In this document: piece by piece, positions 1-11,452 of the stretch | How the letters are laid out: every line of letters starts with the position of its first letter | Numbering within the stretch: the first letter of the stretch is position 1 | From: Eledone cirrhosa | Taxonomy: Eukaryota | DNA length: 64,000 bases | Assembly: GCA_964016885.1 (NCBI GenBank) | Contig: OZ024741.1 | Location: 88,660,001-88,724,000 of the forward strand | Direction: 5' to 3' | The notes under the pieces: generated by a model | What the model saw: only the letters and a program-made list of their open reading frames with translations | The model's database searches: none | What the model was told of the DNA's origin: nothing | Translations under genes and position numbers: made by a program

Positions 1-588
1 TCAAAGACCGATGTAGACAGTGCTTATTTCTACATCCCAGCCAAAGGCATTAACAGACATTAAACAAAGAACACATTGGATAAGGCTCTTGTTTATTACA
101 GGTAATTGTTTGTTGTTTTGTTTTGTTTTTTTTGTTTCTAAATTGAATTTAGTACTGTAATCACCTTATCCCTTACATTGCCTTGGCTATCAAAGGTTAA
201 ACAGTCATACTCAGGGATAAAATGCACCACAGATGAGAGAGGCCAGTTTTAGAATGGCTCCTCCGCTAATCTCGTGGTGGCTATAACTGGAACCCAAAAT
301 CTAAGGTCTCGCATACATATGAAGTGTATGAAATTTTAATATATACTAAATAACCTCTCTTGTACTAGATTGAGCTTTGTTTTCCTTGGCTTTTTATCTA
401 CAGATATCCTGCACACACACATATATATGTGTGTGTGTGTGTATATATACATAGGTGCAAGAAAATTGCGTCCGTAGGCTATAATAAACCAATGAGCTGA
501 ACACAGTATACCACGTTGATAGAATGTGCTGAATAGAACAAGCTACTGGAGAAATTCACACAAAATCTGAGATGAGATTACATACTGA

Positions 589-682
589 GACATATCTGAG
601 GATCTTTCAATTCCAGAGTTAGGTTCGATCAATAATAGATCGTTCCTTGAGCTGATTGACAGTGAAACATATGTAATATGTT
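589..682 (+). ncRNA. Type I hammerhead ribozyme candidate (canonical core)
   Basis: Stem I gacatat(589-595)/atatgtt(676-682). CTGAGGA at 596-602. Long irregular stem II (tcaat/attga, cag/ctg, agg/cct, cgatc/gatcg). GAAA at 664-667. Palindromic stem III acatatgt. GUA cleavage triplet at 673-675. Pair 10.1-11.1 is U-U. Confidence 0.72.
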
Positions 683-884
683 ATTATTAAATATGCTATG
701 ATGCAACACTGACTCTTTGTTCCTTTATTCTTATACTATAATATATACACACTAATGCTCTATTTGTCCTGTAACTTAACAGTTTGACAAATCAAGGTTG
801 ATAAATATAGGACACACACATATAATCATCAACTTATAGGATAACATTGAATGAAGAAAAATATAATCACATAGATTAACTTAC

Positions 885-996
885 ATATCTTCTTTCATTC
901 TAGATTCATTGTATTTTTTGTGGAAATCTAACAGTTCATTGAGGAGACCTCGCTGAAGCATGTCATCAACTCTTTTATCAAGACGTTTATTCAACA
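885..996 (-). CDS. TRIT1: tRNA dimethylallyl(isopentenyl)transferase internal exon, 112 bp
   Basis: Minus strand reads ttcttcag|TG TTG AAT AAA...GAA GAT AT|gtaagt. Encodes (V)[36 protein letters not shown], matching the IPT/TRIT1 motif [19 protein letters not shown]. Phase 1 start fits the exon at 45143-45285. Confidence 0.93.
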
Positions 997-1151
997 CTGA
1001 AGAACAAAATACAGAAACAAAAGATGTCTGATTATTGTTGATATCAATTTAAAAAGAATTTATCTTCGTTTAACTGTAAAGATTCTCTAAAAAGTAAGAG
1101 CAAAATTGAATAGACACATTACTTAATGCTATTTTGATGTAACATGAATTA

Positions 1152-1347
1152 CGAGGGTCAGCTGAAAAGTTCATAGGCTGACCAAGATGCTCTCATGGAA
1201 TGACCAAATGAGGTTTATTTTTCAACATTGTCCCTGGAAAGAAACAATGTAGTTATTAATAAGAAGAGTTGAAATTAATGCATGCAAGATTTCAAAATCT
1301 AGTATCATCCTTCATAGTCAGCCTATGAATATTTCAGCCAACTCTCG
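1152..1347. mobile_element. Tc1/mariner-type MITE
   Basis: About 31-bp TIRs: left cgagggtcagctgaaaagttcataggctgac, right end reverse complement cgagagttggctgaaatattcataggctgac. TA on both sides (1150-1151, 1348-1349). Confidence 0.85.
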
Positions 1348-1574
1348 TAAGTTCAAATATTATTCAAGTCATCATAGATTTGTTCTTAGATGGGAACAGT
1401 TGATTAAAAATTTAGTAGTTAGTATCTGGTAAAAAAAAATAAAAAGAGTTCACCCATGTTGACACAGGTCCTTGGAAATTAAATTTTAGGGTTTAGAGAA
1501 AAACTAATCCAAGTATTGGAAAAACACATTGAAGACAATAAATGTTTTAGTGGATACAAGAAGTACAGCTGACA

Positions 1575-1995
1575 TCATTGTCATCATCATCATCATCATC
1601 ATTTTAATGTCTGCTTTCCCTGCTAGCAAGGGTTGTATGGCTTTACATAGACCAAATCAGTACTGAAGCAGGACTACTGATCTCCCTGACAGGCCAGGAA
1701 CTGTGTTTTGCTTATATACTGTCTCACATTCTACCTTGTGCACAGGAGAGGTTGTCATGTCTTTAACACAACAGAGTCCTTCCAATCCTTTGTTTGGCAA
1801 GCTTTCTATAGCTGCATACCCTGCCTATATATATAGGTATTTAGTCAATTTGCAAGTTTGTTTTATTGAGTGTTGGTGATCTACATGAGTAATGCATCCA
1901 GTACATGCTGTAAAGTGGTTGGTGATAGGAAGGGCATCCAGCCATAGAAATCTTGCCAAAGGGTTGGGAGGACCCTTAGTTGCACCAAAGCCACA
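1575..1995. mobile_element. Two short RTE-3'-tail-derived repeats, head-to-head
   Basis: Minus copy ends in (cat)n at about 1575-1600. Plus copy has gtaaagtggttggtgataggaagggcatccagccatagaaa, the motif found in RTE 3' UTRs in this window. Confidence 0.6.
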
Positions 1996-1999
1996 TCAA

Positions 2000-3250
2000 C
2001 CAACCCTGCCTGTGCACTCGGCAAAGTTTATTTTTGTGATTAAAAATGTTAAATTTTTATCCATTTAGCCATTCCAATGCTTTAAAATTTAATTTTAAAT
2101 ATTTAAAAATATTTTTTTTTTAAAGTTACATAAAAAAGTACACTCCTAAATTTTTTGTGAGAATAAAGCTTTAATTCATTAAAAAAATTAGTAATATTTT
2201 TCACGTTTTCATTCACCCACACGATAGCAAAAGAATCAATTAGCTCAGTTTCCTCTCTACTTTCCCTTTTGCAACAAGAAATTTTGAAGAGAAGAAAGAT
2301 ATTATCATTCTCAGAAGAGAGATGCCAAAGTTTGAACTGAAAATCAAATCAAAGTGGGCAGCAATATCACTATTTTGATTTCAAGTATTATGAACAGTAT
2401 GCGTGGATGACGGGATATCTTATTTTGTCACCATAGGAACACGTGGACAACTACGATTTGAACAATTTGATTGTTCTTTGACAAGACCAAAAAATCTCAG
2501 AACTTTCTGAATTTCATAATTGTTCTGAATACCTTTGGCTAAAAATGAATTGATACAGTGATAAATCAGTGGAAAGCAGCTTCAATTCAGTTGCATAATT
2601 GAGGCTGAGAAAGATCATAATATGTTGAAAAGGTTAATTCACTGTATTGAAATTTTGGCCTGTCAAGAATTATCATTTCAAGGACACGATGAAACAAGAA
2701 TCAAACAATAAGGGTAATTTTCTGGCTATATATGAAGCAGTAACGGAATACGATGATTGTTTAAGATCGTATTTAGATTTTGTGAAGAAAAATGCTAACT
2801 GCACATTTTTTGGACTTTCGAATGATATTCAAAACAAGATCATTAATTGTATAACTGTTAAAATTGAAGGTGAAATTAAGGCAATGATCGAAAAAACATT
2901 ATTTTTTTGCTGTTATGTTTGATGAGACTATGGATCTTCAAATGAAATCTCAATTGTCACATGTTTTACGATTTGTTGTTGAAAAGGAACAGCCCCAAGA
3001 AAGGTTTTTGAAATACATTGATGTGAGTAAAGATAGAAGAGCTGCATCGCTGTCAGAAGAAGTTTGGAAATTTGTTAATGAACAGCTGTAGCCAAAAATT
3101 CATTCATAAATATATGATGGAGCTAGTGTGGTGGCTGGGCATTTGAATGGAGTGTAAGCAAGAATAAAGGAGATTTTAGTTGTGAATGTCATATTTGTAC
3201 ATCGTTATGCATATTCACTTAATTTCATACTCTCTTAATCAACTTTTTAC
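2000..3250 (+). mobile_element. Degenerate hAT transposase (ZMYM1/DUF4371-like)
   Basis: Frameshifted remnants include QELSFQGHDE, GNFLAI, GLSNDIQNKII, AVMFDETMD..KSQLSHVLRFV, ERFLKYIDVS, YDGASVVAGHLNGV and IFVHRYAYSLN. Boundaries are approximate. Confidence 0.82.
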
Positions 3251-3251
3251 C

Positions 3252-4195
3252 ATAAATTTCAAACCCTCATAAATAATATGAACACTAACGTCCAATTCAC
3301 TATGGATTTCAGCAATGATCAACTTCTTTTCTTAGACATACTGATAACAAAACATAAAGCTAGAGACTGACCTATATTTCAAACCTACTGACTCCCAACA
3401 ATATCTTCTTTTTACATCTTCTCATCCAATACACACCCATACCAATATTCTACTTAACTTAGCTAAGCGAATCTGCACAATAGTCTCAAAGCCAACAACA
3501 AGAGACTAAAAGAGATGAAAAAATACTCAAGAGAAAATACTCTCAGAATCTAATCAAAAAGCAAGAAAAATTAATATCCAAGTACTCTGAGACACAAAAA
3601 GAAAAGAGGTCATACCATATATTTCAACTTTTAACTCAAAGAATACAGAAATCTACACACACACACAACTAAACTTACGTATCCTACTAAAGGACAAAAC
3701 AATGAAAAATCTCCTACAAAAATACCCAATTGTAAAATGTAAACAACAACATAAGTCACTATAAAAGAAACTAACAAATGTAAACTGGAATTAAAGGGCC
3801 TGAAGTGAAACGATGTAACCGACCTAACTACAGGGTGTGAAACTATGTATTAAAAGGTCACAAATTCCCCTTCAAAGAAGATCCCATTTTCAAAATTAAA
3901 AATGATTTCTCATGCAATTCAGAAAATTTAATATAACATGTAAAGGTTGCAATGAACAGTACACTGGCCAAACTGGATCAATACTCTGACAAAGAATGAC
4001 AGTTTACAGCAAAGTAGGGATTCATACACAAGAAAGATCCCTCTTAGCCAACATACAGAGGAATGCGGAGGGCGAACTTTATTAAATTTCAATCTCTTCC
4101 CATTCTACTAATGTTGCCAGTCAACATCAGAGAAAAAGCGTATTGGCAAAGAAAAGTTTTTTATAGAAAATTTCAGTCCAAAACTGAACTCTTTG
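3252..4195 (+). mobile_element. Penelope-like retroelement remnant (RT thumb + GIY-YIG)
   Basis: Encodes INNMNTNVQFTMDFSNDQLLFLDILI and YFKPTDSQQYLLFTSSHP, then FSCNSENLIY..CKGCNEQYTGQTG. It truncates the hAT remnant. Confidence 0.82.
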
Positions 4196-5549
4196 CACAC
4201 ACAATTTTTAATACCTGATCATACCGGAACTACATCCCTTGTCAAGGATTGTGTTTTCCTCACCATAAGAGGCAAAGATACAGCCAATTGCATTCCTTGT
4301 TTTAACAAAAATGTAAATGACAATAACATTACAAATGGAAACTTAGAAAACTGGTTAAGTACAAAAACTTCTTTTTTTATGTGAATTTTTTTCCTTATGT
4401 ACTATACACATAGCATGTATATTTAATAAATAAAAGTACATTAGGTGCTTTTTTAAAAAAATCTTTATTTTGTATTTTTCTGTAAAAAAGAAAAAGTTTA
4501 TCATCAGATCAGACAAAAGAAACTGTTTCCACTGGTCTTTCCTTTGCTAATGTTAATTTCAACTTTGGAGGCGTTGAACAGCTAGAATAATTAAGAAAAG
4601 TAAATCTTGTCTATCAATTCCCAGTTTAGCAGTTTACTACCAAGTTATCATTCCTTAGGTAGCTTCTTTAGATAATTTGTATTAGCAAAAGATAAATGTT
4701 TAATACAGCATTTAAGGGGATATGAACTGACAACCCTTTCATCCATTTTGATAATATAATGGTTTCTAATTTTCGCACAAGTCCTGTAATAGGGGTGGGA
4801 GGAACTCAATTATATGAACCCAGTATTTGACTGGTATTTTATTTTACCAAACTTGGAAGGATGAAAGGTTAAATTTGACCTTGGTGGGATTTGATCTCAG
4901 ATTGTAAAGAGCCAAAACAGTTACTGCTTTATCAAATCTACCAATCCACTGCCCTTATTCTGACAATATAATGCTAATGATATCACAATAGTTTTATCTT
5001 AAGTAAACAATTGTATAATCATCACATGAAATTCTTTTCAATATCCCAGCAGGAAAGAAGTTTTAAATGAAAACTAATGAAATAAGTTCATTCACTTTAT
5101 TGACAATTTTTTTTTCATCTATCATATTTTAGACACTGATCCAAGTATTGTGTTACATTGTCTATATTTTTTTTCTAACTTTTCACAGTGATTATTTTAA
5201 TGCGCAGTTGAACCTACTTGTGTAATTCTAAATTGAATTTTGTGCAATAAGTTTGTATTTGTGTCAAATGCTACATGCACGTACATGGTAAATGATGGTT
5301 AAAAAACTTGAAACACTCATAAAATGTTTAAAATAAGCATTACAAATGCTTTCAAACTTAGGGAATACCAAATACTGGTTCATGGAACCTGCCTTAAAGA
5401 TTTGTGCAGTTCTAAAATTTCCTTAAAACAAGCTCTGGAATTACATAGTAATATGGCTCCTGGAACTCTGAAGATCTTATCTTAATCCATCTCACTGTCA
5501 CACAAAACTATTTAATGCATTTGCCAGCTGATCTCTTATCATCCACAGG

Positions 5550-5778
5550 ATGGCAGATAGGCAGAGTCAGAAGAACATAAGATAAAATGTTTTACAGTAT
5601 TTGTTCTGGATTTGTACGTTCTGAGTTCAAATCTCTCTGAGATCAACTTTGTCTTTCATCCTTCTGAAGTCAATAAAATAAAGTACCAGTCAAGTACTGG
5701 GTCAATTAAATTGACCCACACCCAAAATAAATAAATAAATAAAAAATTGCTGGCTTTGTAACAAAATTAGAAACCATT
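5550..5778 (+). mobile_element. tRNA-derived SINE (family with ...gagttcaaat...tttcatcc...ataaaataaagtaccag core)
   Basis: B-box gagttcaaat plus the shared core and the ...aaattagaaac tail. Many other decayed copies, e.g. about 4760-4960(-), 7030-7200(-), 13040-13160(-), 13380-13550(-), 13825-14010, 14230-14395, 20830-21040, 25020-25200(-), 54320-54510, 58640-58805(-), 60875-61088(-), 62690-62835(-). Confidence 0.75.
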
Positions 5779-6724
5779 AAACATTTTGATTCTCTGAATT
5801 AACTTTCACATATATTCTTTTATATTATATTCATTTAATATATAAGCTATATAATGAATTAATATATATTCTATAGAGAGCAGAAGCAGCAGCAATTTCT
5901 TACAGCTATCAAAATATTCCGGAAGTTCAGAAGTTCTGGGGGGTTTTTCCTCCCATTCCAAGAATGTCATTTGGAAATCTATCAGAAGTGACCTTTGATA
6001 TAATTTAAAAACAATTTTTGTATTTTCTTTAATATAAGACATTGATACACATCAACATAGAAAGTTTTTTTTTTTTTTTTTTTTTCAATTTATTCAGTGA
6101 CAGCTAATGAGTTTACAGACAAGACTCATAGACAAAACAAAAAAGGTTACAAGCAACAACAGGATTAGCACCAAAGTAAATGTCAAGACAAAGAAACCAT
6201 TTATAAGGAAGGGATTCTTGAGAAATACCAGAAAATAGAACAGATAAAAGCCAAGATGAGAATGTTCAGACTTGTTTTTTTTTATTTTATTTTTTATTTA
6301 CTCCAAACTAGAACAATATTCAAGATACACAAAGGATTTGAAAATAGCTCTCACATCTGTTCTTTCATTATATCTATCTACAAAGGATAAGAAGTAGAGG
6401 TGAGGAAGATATGTAAGAGTTAAATAACAAATTTTATTTATTTTTATTCTTACATTGTTTTTTCAAGTTATTTGTATTACAAATAGAAGCCACCACCCAC
6501 CCAGCAAGGCCAGAAAGATATTTGGTGTGCAAAGATTTGAAAAGAATATTTAGAAGACTAAAACAGTAATAATTTACCTCATAGTTGTGAAATGCAAAAA
6601 GAAAAAAAAAAACCTGGATAAAGAAAAAATACAAAATGGAAGATCCCTTAATGTTGAATAATCTATGGAAAGAATATGAATTTGTGAAAGTGCAATTAAA
6701 CCCTGATATAATATATTGATTTCT

Positions 6725-7031
6725 GAAGGTGCATGGCTTATTGGTTAGAGAATTGGATTCGCAATTGCGAGGTTGTGAGTACAATTCCTGGACTGGACAA
6801 TGCATTGTGTCCTTGAGCAAGACATTTTATTTCATATTGCTCCAGTTCACTTAACCATAGAAATGAGTTACATCACTGGTGCCAAGCTCTTTCAGCCTTA
6901 GCCTTTCTCTTGGATAGGTATACATGGGCAGCTGTTGGTCTTCCATAAAAACACCTTGTCTGAGTTTGTGCTTCACAGGAGAATTTCTAGTTGTAAATCC
7001 CATGGTCATTCATGACCAAAGGGGATCTTTA
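6725..7031 (+). mobile_element. tRNA-derived CORE-like SINE, tail type 1
   Basis: A-box tggcttattgg and B-box-like gagtacaattcc, followed by tgtgtccttgagcaagacattttatttc. A sister copy lies at 19044-19265. Confidence 0.75.
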
Positions 7032-7209
7032 ATTTAGGCACAAAGCCAGTAGATTTGTGGGAAGAGCAAAGTTGGTTAAATTTACCCTAGTACTTGATTG
7101 GTACTTTATTTTATTGACCAAGGATGGGTGAAAGGCCAAATTAACCTCAGTGGGATTTGAGCTCAGAATTTAAAGAGCTAGAATAAATACTGCAATGGTA
7201 TATAATATA

Positions 7210-7437
7210 TTAACTCTTAACATCCTGTGCTGCATGAAACCTCATTAATGAGACATTTTTAAAAAGTACAAAACAGCATTACAACTCCATCACATAAAAA
7301 AAAAATGAAACCTTTATTCTGTTATTGCAAATTTTGGCAATGATCTGTACATTTGTAAAGATACTATAAACTTTGAATTAACAAACCTGTTTTTAGATAT
7401 TTTCTGTTAAATTATTACTGGATGTTAAGAACTAAAA
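7210..7437. mobile_element. MITE with ttaactcttaacatcctgt-type termini
   Basis: Inverted termini ttaactcttaacatcc...ggatgttaagaactaa. Related copies near 14950-15075, 21235-21414 and 56545-56715. Confidence 0.55.
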
Positions 7438-7689
7438 ATCAATTACCGAGGATAATAGAGTGATGTGGTGAAGACTTGAACTTAAAATGATCAAAATGTA
7501 TATTATGAGAGTGAAGTTCATATAAAAGTAAGAAGTAATGAGTGAATGCACCAAAGTATTATAAACTATAGATATAGATCAATAAAGATTATACTGAGAA
7601 GTATAAATTGGCACCACAAGGAGATAAACTGTTTCAAGAATTCACTATGATTATAACAGAACTGGAATGATCACTGTGTATGACGAGGG

Positions 7690-7915
7690 GAGGGAGGCAA
7701 TGGAAATGGCTTAAGTATGTTTGTCACATGACCTCCAACTTACTACTAAAAACAGCTCTTTAATGGGTGTCACAAGGAAAGAGAAAATAGAGTAGACCAA
7801 AAGAGACATAGCATCAAAGAACTGAGACGCAGTCCTTCGAGACTGCTTTCAAAATGGCAGAGGATAAGGTTAAGTGGAGAGCTTTTGAAATTGCCCCATG
7901 GCACAAAGTGAACTA
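7690..7915 (+). mobile_element. Old LINE C-terminal remnant
   Basis: QGKRK*SRPKET* and TAFKMAEDKVKWRAF resemble the G.R.RGRP..TW / A.DR..WR ending of RTE-like ORFs. Confidence 0.4.
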
Positions 7916-8146
7916 AATGAAATATAAAATAGTAATAACAACATACATCCAACACTAATAAACACACTGTGGAGGAAGAAGAGTGTAAAGTTTGCTACAG
8001 TAATAGTTAGGGAAATGGAAAACACAAAATACAGTTAACAGCCATCAATATAAAAAAAGAAAAAGACATAATTATGATGATAGATATGAAGAATGAGGGT
8101 GGTAGTGTTGGCACCAGCAGTGGTGCTGGTAAAGTAAAGAGTTTAA

Positions 8147-9652
8147 CCCTTCAGCATTTACATTACTGTATATTTATTATTGTATTTTCACAGAAAAGTC
8201 TTTATCTTTACTATAAAGCTGACGGCTCGTATGTAAGTAACAAACTTTCCACCAAGCGGCTGGAACAAACGGCACCAAATTTGCACCATAGATGTAACTT
8301 TTTCCAAGTAAGAAAGTGAGGCTATTTTTGTCTACTGAATTTTATTAAAAGATTAAAGACATTATTTAAATATTCACTTCTTTAAAATTTTCAAATGTCA
8401 ACACTTCCAGTTATACAACATTCCTAACGTCTTCACGAACCAAAGTATCATCTTCCTGTTTTCTTTCGGTTGCAACGTTTTTCGAAATATTTACTTCTGC
8501 GTTCACAGATTGATTTTTTTAGTTTCAGAAGATCCCGTTAAGGGTGAAAGCAGCGATTCTTTGCTTAAACTTTAATCTGTTATTTTAATATATATATATA
8601 TATAATTATATATTTGTGTACAGATATTTTTGCATACACAAAAACAAAATATAAACAAACGTATTTATTTCACGAAAGCACAGATGGCTTATCGTCATTG
8701 TTACTGCCGATATGCCACCCAAAAGGTCCTAGCCTGACCGCAAGATCAGATTTTCCAAAAGAAAAAATGTTACTAGAGCAACAGAGAGACTAAACTTCGC
8801 GATTACCATCAACAAAGCTCAGGCCTTCATCTGGGAAAACCATGCTTCTCCCATGGTCAATTGTATGTAGGATGCTCTAGGGTGAGCTTGCCAAACAATC
8901 TCTTCATCTTTCCTCCCGAGAGCCGAACAAAAAATATTGTATACTCTGAGGCTCTAACAATGTAATTTATGTATTTTCTGTTACTTGGAATTTCCATTAT
9001 GGTTGTAGAAATTATTGTAAAGTTCGTTAAAAAATTTGTTCGCTGTTCAACCTTTATTGTTGTAACTATTTTCTTTAACGTACTAGCTGAGAAAAGAAAC
9101 CTACAATGAAAGAACATCTTAAAGTTTACCCAAGCCAAATGTTGTATTTATTAACATTTTTATCTGCAGGTTCTTAGCAAGCTTACTGGCGCTTTAGTAT
9201 GGTATTCAATTCTCATATCGTTTTTGATTGATATGGTGCATATATCGCAGCTATTCCTGTTTTAAACATTAGATAACGATTGCTGATGTATATTGTACGA
9301 CAGAATTAGCTGAAAAATATTTTGAATGAACAAATAAAAGAGATATAAAAGAGATGTTTGTTGGTTGGTTCCTTCGCATATCACACGAAAAAAATAAAGT
9401 GACAATTGGAAAATATGTACAGGATTGGGATAAGAGTATATCCAGGAAAGTTTATTGATACTAATTTTATAACACCAAAGAAGAAAGACATACCACGTAT
9501 GCTAACCAACCTGACTGCTATTTCTAGCAGGTTGGGAATCAACCATAAGGGATTCTCTCTCGAGTTCGTTGTCAGTGATGATCGTAATTCACGGCCTATG
9601 TCTCTGATTCCAACGGTGGTTTACACACACGAACACTCACACAGGCACACAC

Positions 9653-9693
<41 letters not shown>

Positions 9694-9967
9694 CAAACAC
9701 ACACAAACAAACACACACACATTGTAAACAAGACAATGCATTCAATACAGTCGTTTTTTCTCTTCTGCCGGTCTTCTCTTATCATTTGTTAACCCTGGCA
9801 AAGCTGGGTACCTCAGCTAGTCTTACATAATATCGAGTATACAAGATTTTGATATTTATTTTGAGAACAATACGTTAACATCTGTATGAGCGGCTAGTTA
9901 CAACCGGTTTGAACAGAAAGAGGCAAGAGAATTCTGGCTGGATATGCCTGGTTTAAATGCTAAAGGG
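8147..9967. mobile_element. piggyBac-like TTAA MITE (family 1) split by a Helitron
   Basis: TTAA|cccttcagcattt...aaatgctaaaggg|TTAA. Halves 8147-8204 and 9821-9967 join to match the intact copy at 36438-36657. Confidence 0.82.
8205..9820 (+). mobile_element. Internally deleted Helitron
   Basis: A|TCtttactataa 5' end. 3' hairpin cctggcaaagctggg then CTAG|T, with no TSD. Contains the PIF1 helicase C-terminus RLNFAITINKAQ / GLHLGKPCFSHGQLYVGCSRV...TKNIVYSEAL (about 8787-8965), directly after an MPPKR.. N-terminal stub. Confidence 0.92.
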
Positions 9968-11174
9968 TTAAAGAGCTTTATTAAGCTTATGAAATTACAT
10001 GGAGAAAATACAAACAGTATCCAGGTTTAGTTATTATGCAAATTATTTTGGTAAAAAAAATAATTTGTCATTCTTTAATTAAATGTAAAGATCTTTGTCA
10101 ACTGATCTTAGAGGCTTGAGTAGATTATATTTTGCTGATGAGGCCTAATGAACTGAAGTATATCTATAGTTGTTCCTTCCTTGCAAACAACAAGTCAGAC
10201 TTCCCTTAATTTTCAAAAATTATTACAACTTTTCTTTGGGAGTCACTAATAATTGTTACTTGGTTTTGTTTTATTTCTGCAGCTAACAGAAACATTTCAA
10301 TTAATTTTTTTTTTTTACATACAGCTTTCAGTATGCCTTCTTAAATTATGTGTCAGTTTTAGTTAATAATTAGTCTCTAGCTATGCCACATCCCAGGGTA
10401 CACTATTTTGTAGATCAACAATAAAGACGAGAGAGAGAGATTGTCTTATTTTCCTTTTCTAATGAATTAATCAGTTTTCAGCAGTAGTGTACATATTCTA
10501 AATTCAAATTGTTCAGGTATTTAATTACAGCGTTCCATGCTAATTAACAATGCACATTAAAATTTAATTTTTTTCTATTGTTATGAGACTGGGTATACAG
10601 ATTTAAGATGTGAGAAAATAGCTGATGTACTTGTTTAGCCTCCTGTCAGCCCTCATTGAAAAGACTTATGATCAAAGCTGGAACATCTTTCTCAGGCATA
10701 CCATATCAAAGACTATATTAGCTAATATCATCCCCTTTTCTTTTCTAAAGTGGAAATGTATAATTTGAGGGAGATTTAGTTGTTATTGGTTGTTGTTGTT
10801 GTTCAGTCCAAGGACAGACCTGAACGAGTAGACCGGATCAAAGGTATTGCATCTATGACCATCTTGTCATTCTCTTTGACATTACAATTTTCCAATGCAT
10901 TGCTGTGTGTATTCAAGTTTTTAGAATAGCTACACTGTATCTATGCGTCATAAGATGTGACTAAAAGGATTGGCATCAGGAGGGGCCTCTAGCTGTAAAG
11001 CATCAGCTCAAAACATTCCATCCAACCCATATCAGCATGGAAAATTAGAGGTGATGATGATGATGATGATCCCCACTTTTTTCAAGATAATAAGATGTAA
11101 TTTATGGGAGTTATGGCTGCTATATGTAAAAGCACAGTCATTGACTGTTATTGCTTTTATATTAACTATGTCTA

Positions 11175-11452
11175 AGTCTAGAGCAGAAGAGGAATGCCAG
11201 AAGGCCAATGTCCTGATGTAGGACTAGGCACATTGGATAAAGCATGGGTGGTAAGAAGAGTTGAGACAAGTGAATTGTGAATGCCTGAGTGGAGGTGGCA
11301 TGTGACTAGCCAGATCTAAGGAGCAGAGGCCACTGTAGTATCAGTAGGAAAGGCAGAGAGAAGAGACAGCGTGTCTATAGAACCAGAGATTGGAGCATGT
11401 CTATGAGTAACTTTAGGCCAAGAAGCTGAGTGGTTTTTCTCTGGATGCAGTC
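11175..11452 (-). mobile_element. Non-LTR retrotransposon 3' remnant (Jockey/CR1/L2-group like)
   Basis: Frameshifted DCIQRKTTQLLG...RHAVSSLCLSY*YYSGLCSLDLASHMPPP. Confidence 0.55.

Noticed and set aside
6064-6300. Minus-strand AATAAA + poly(A), a possible retrocopy end
   Set aside because: No identifiable body or TSD.
10125-10170. ctgatgaggcc...gaagtatatc hammerhead-like motif
   Set aside because: GAAA is mutated, stem II barely pairs, and stem I is displaced. Too degenerate to call.
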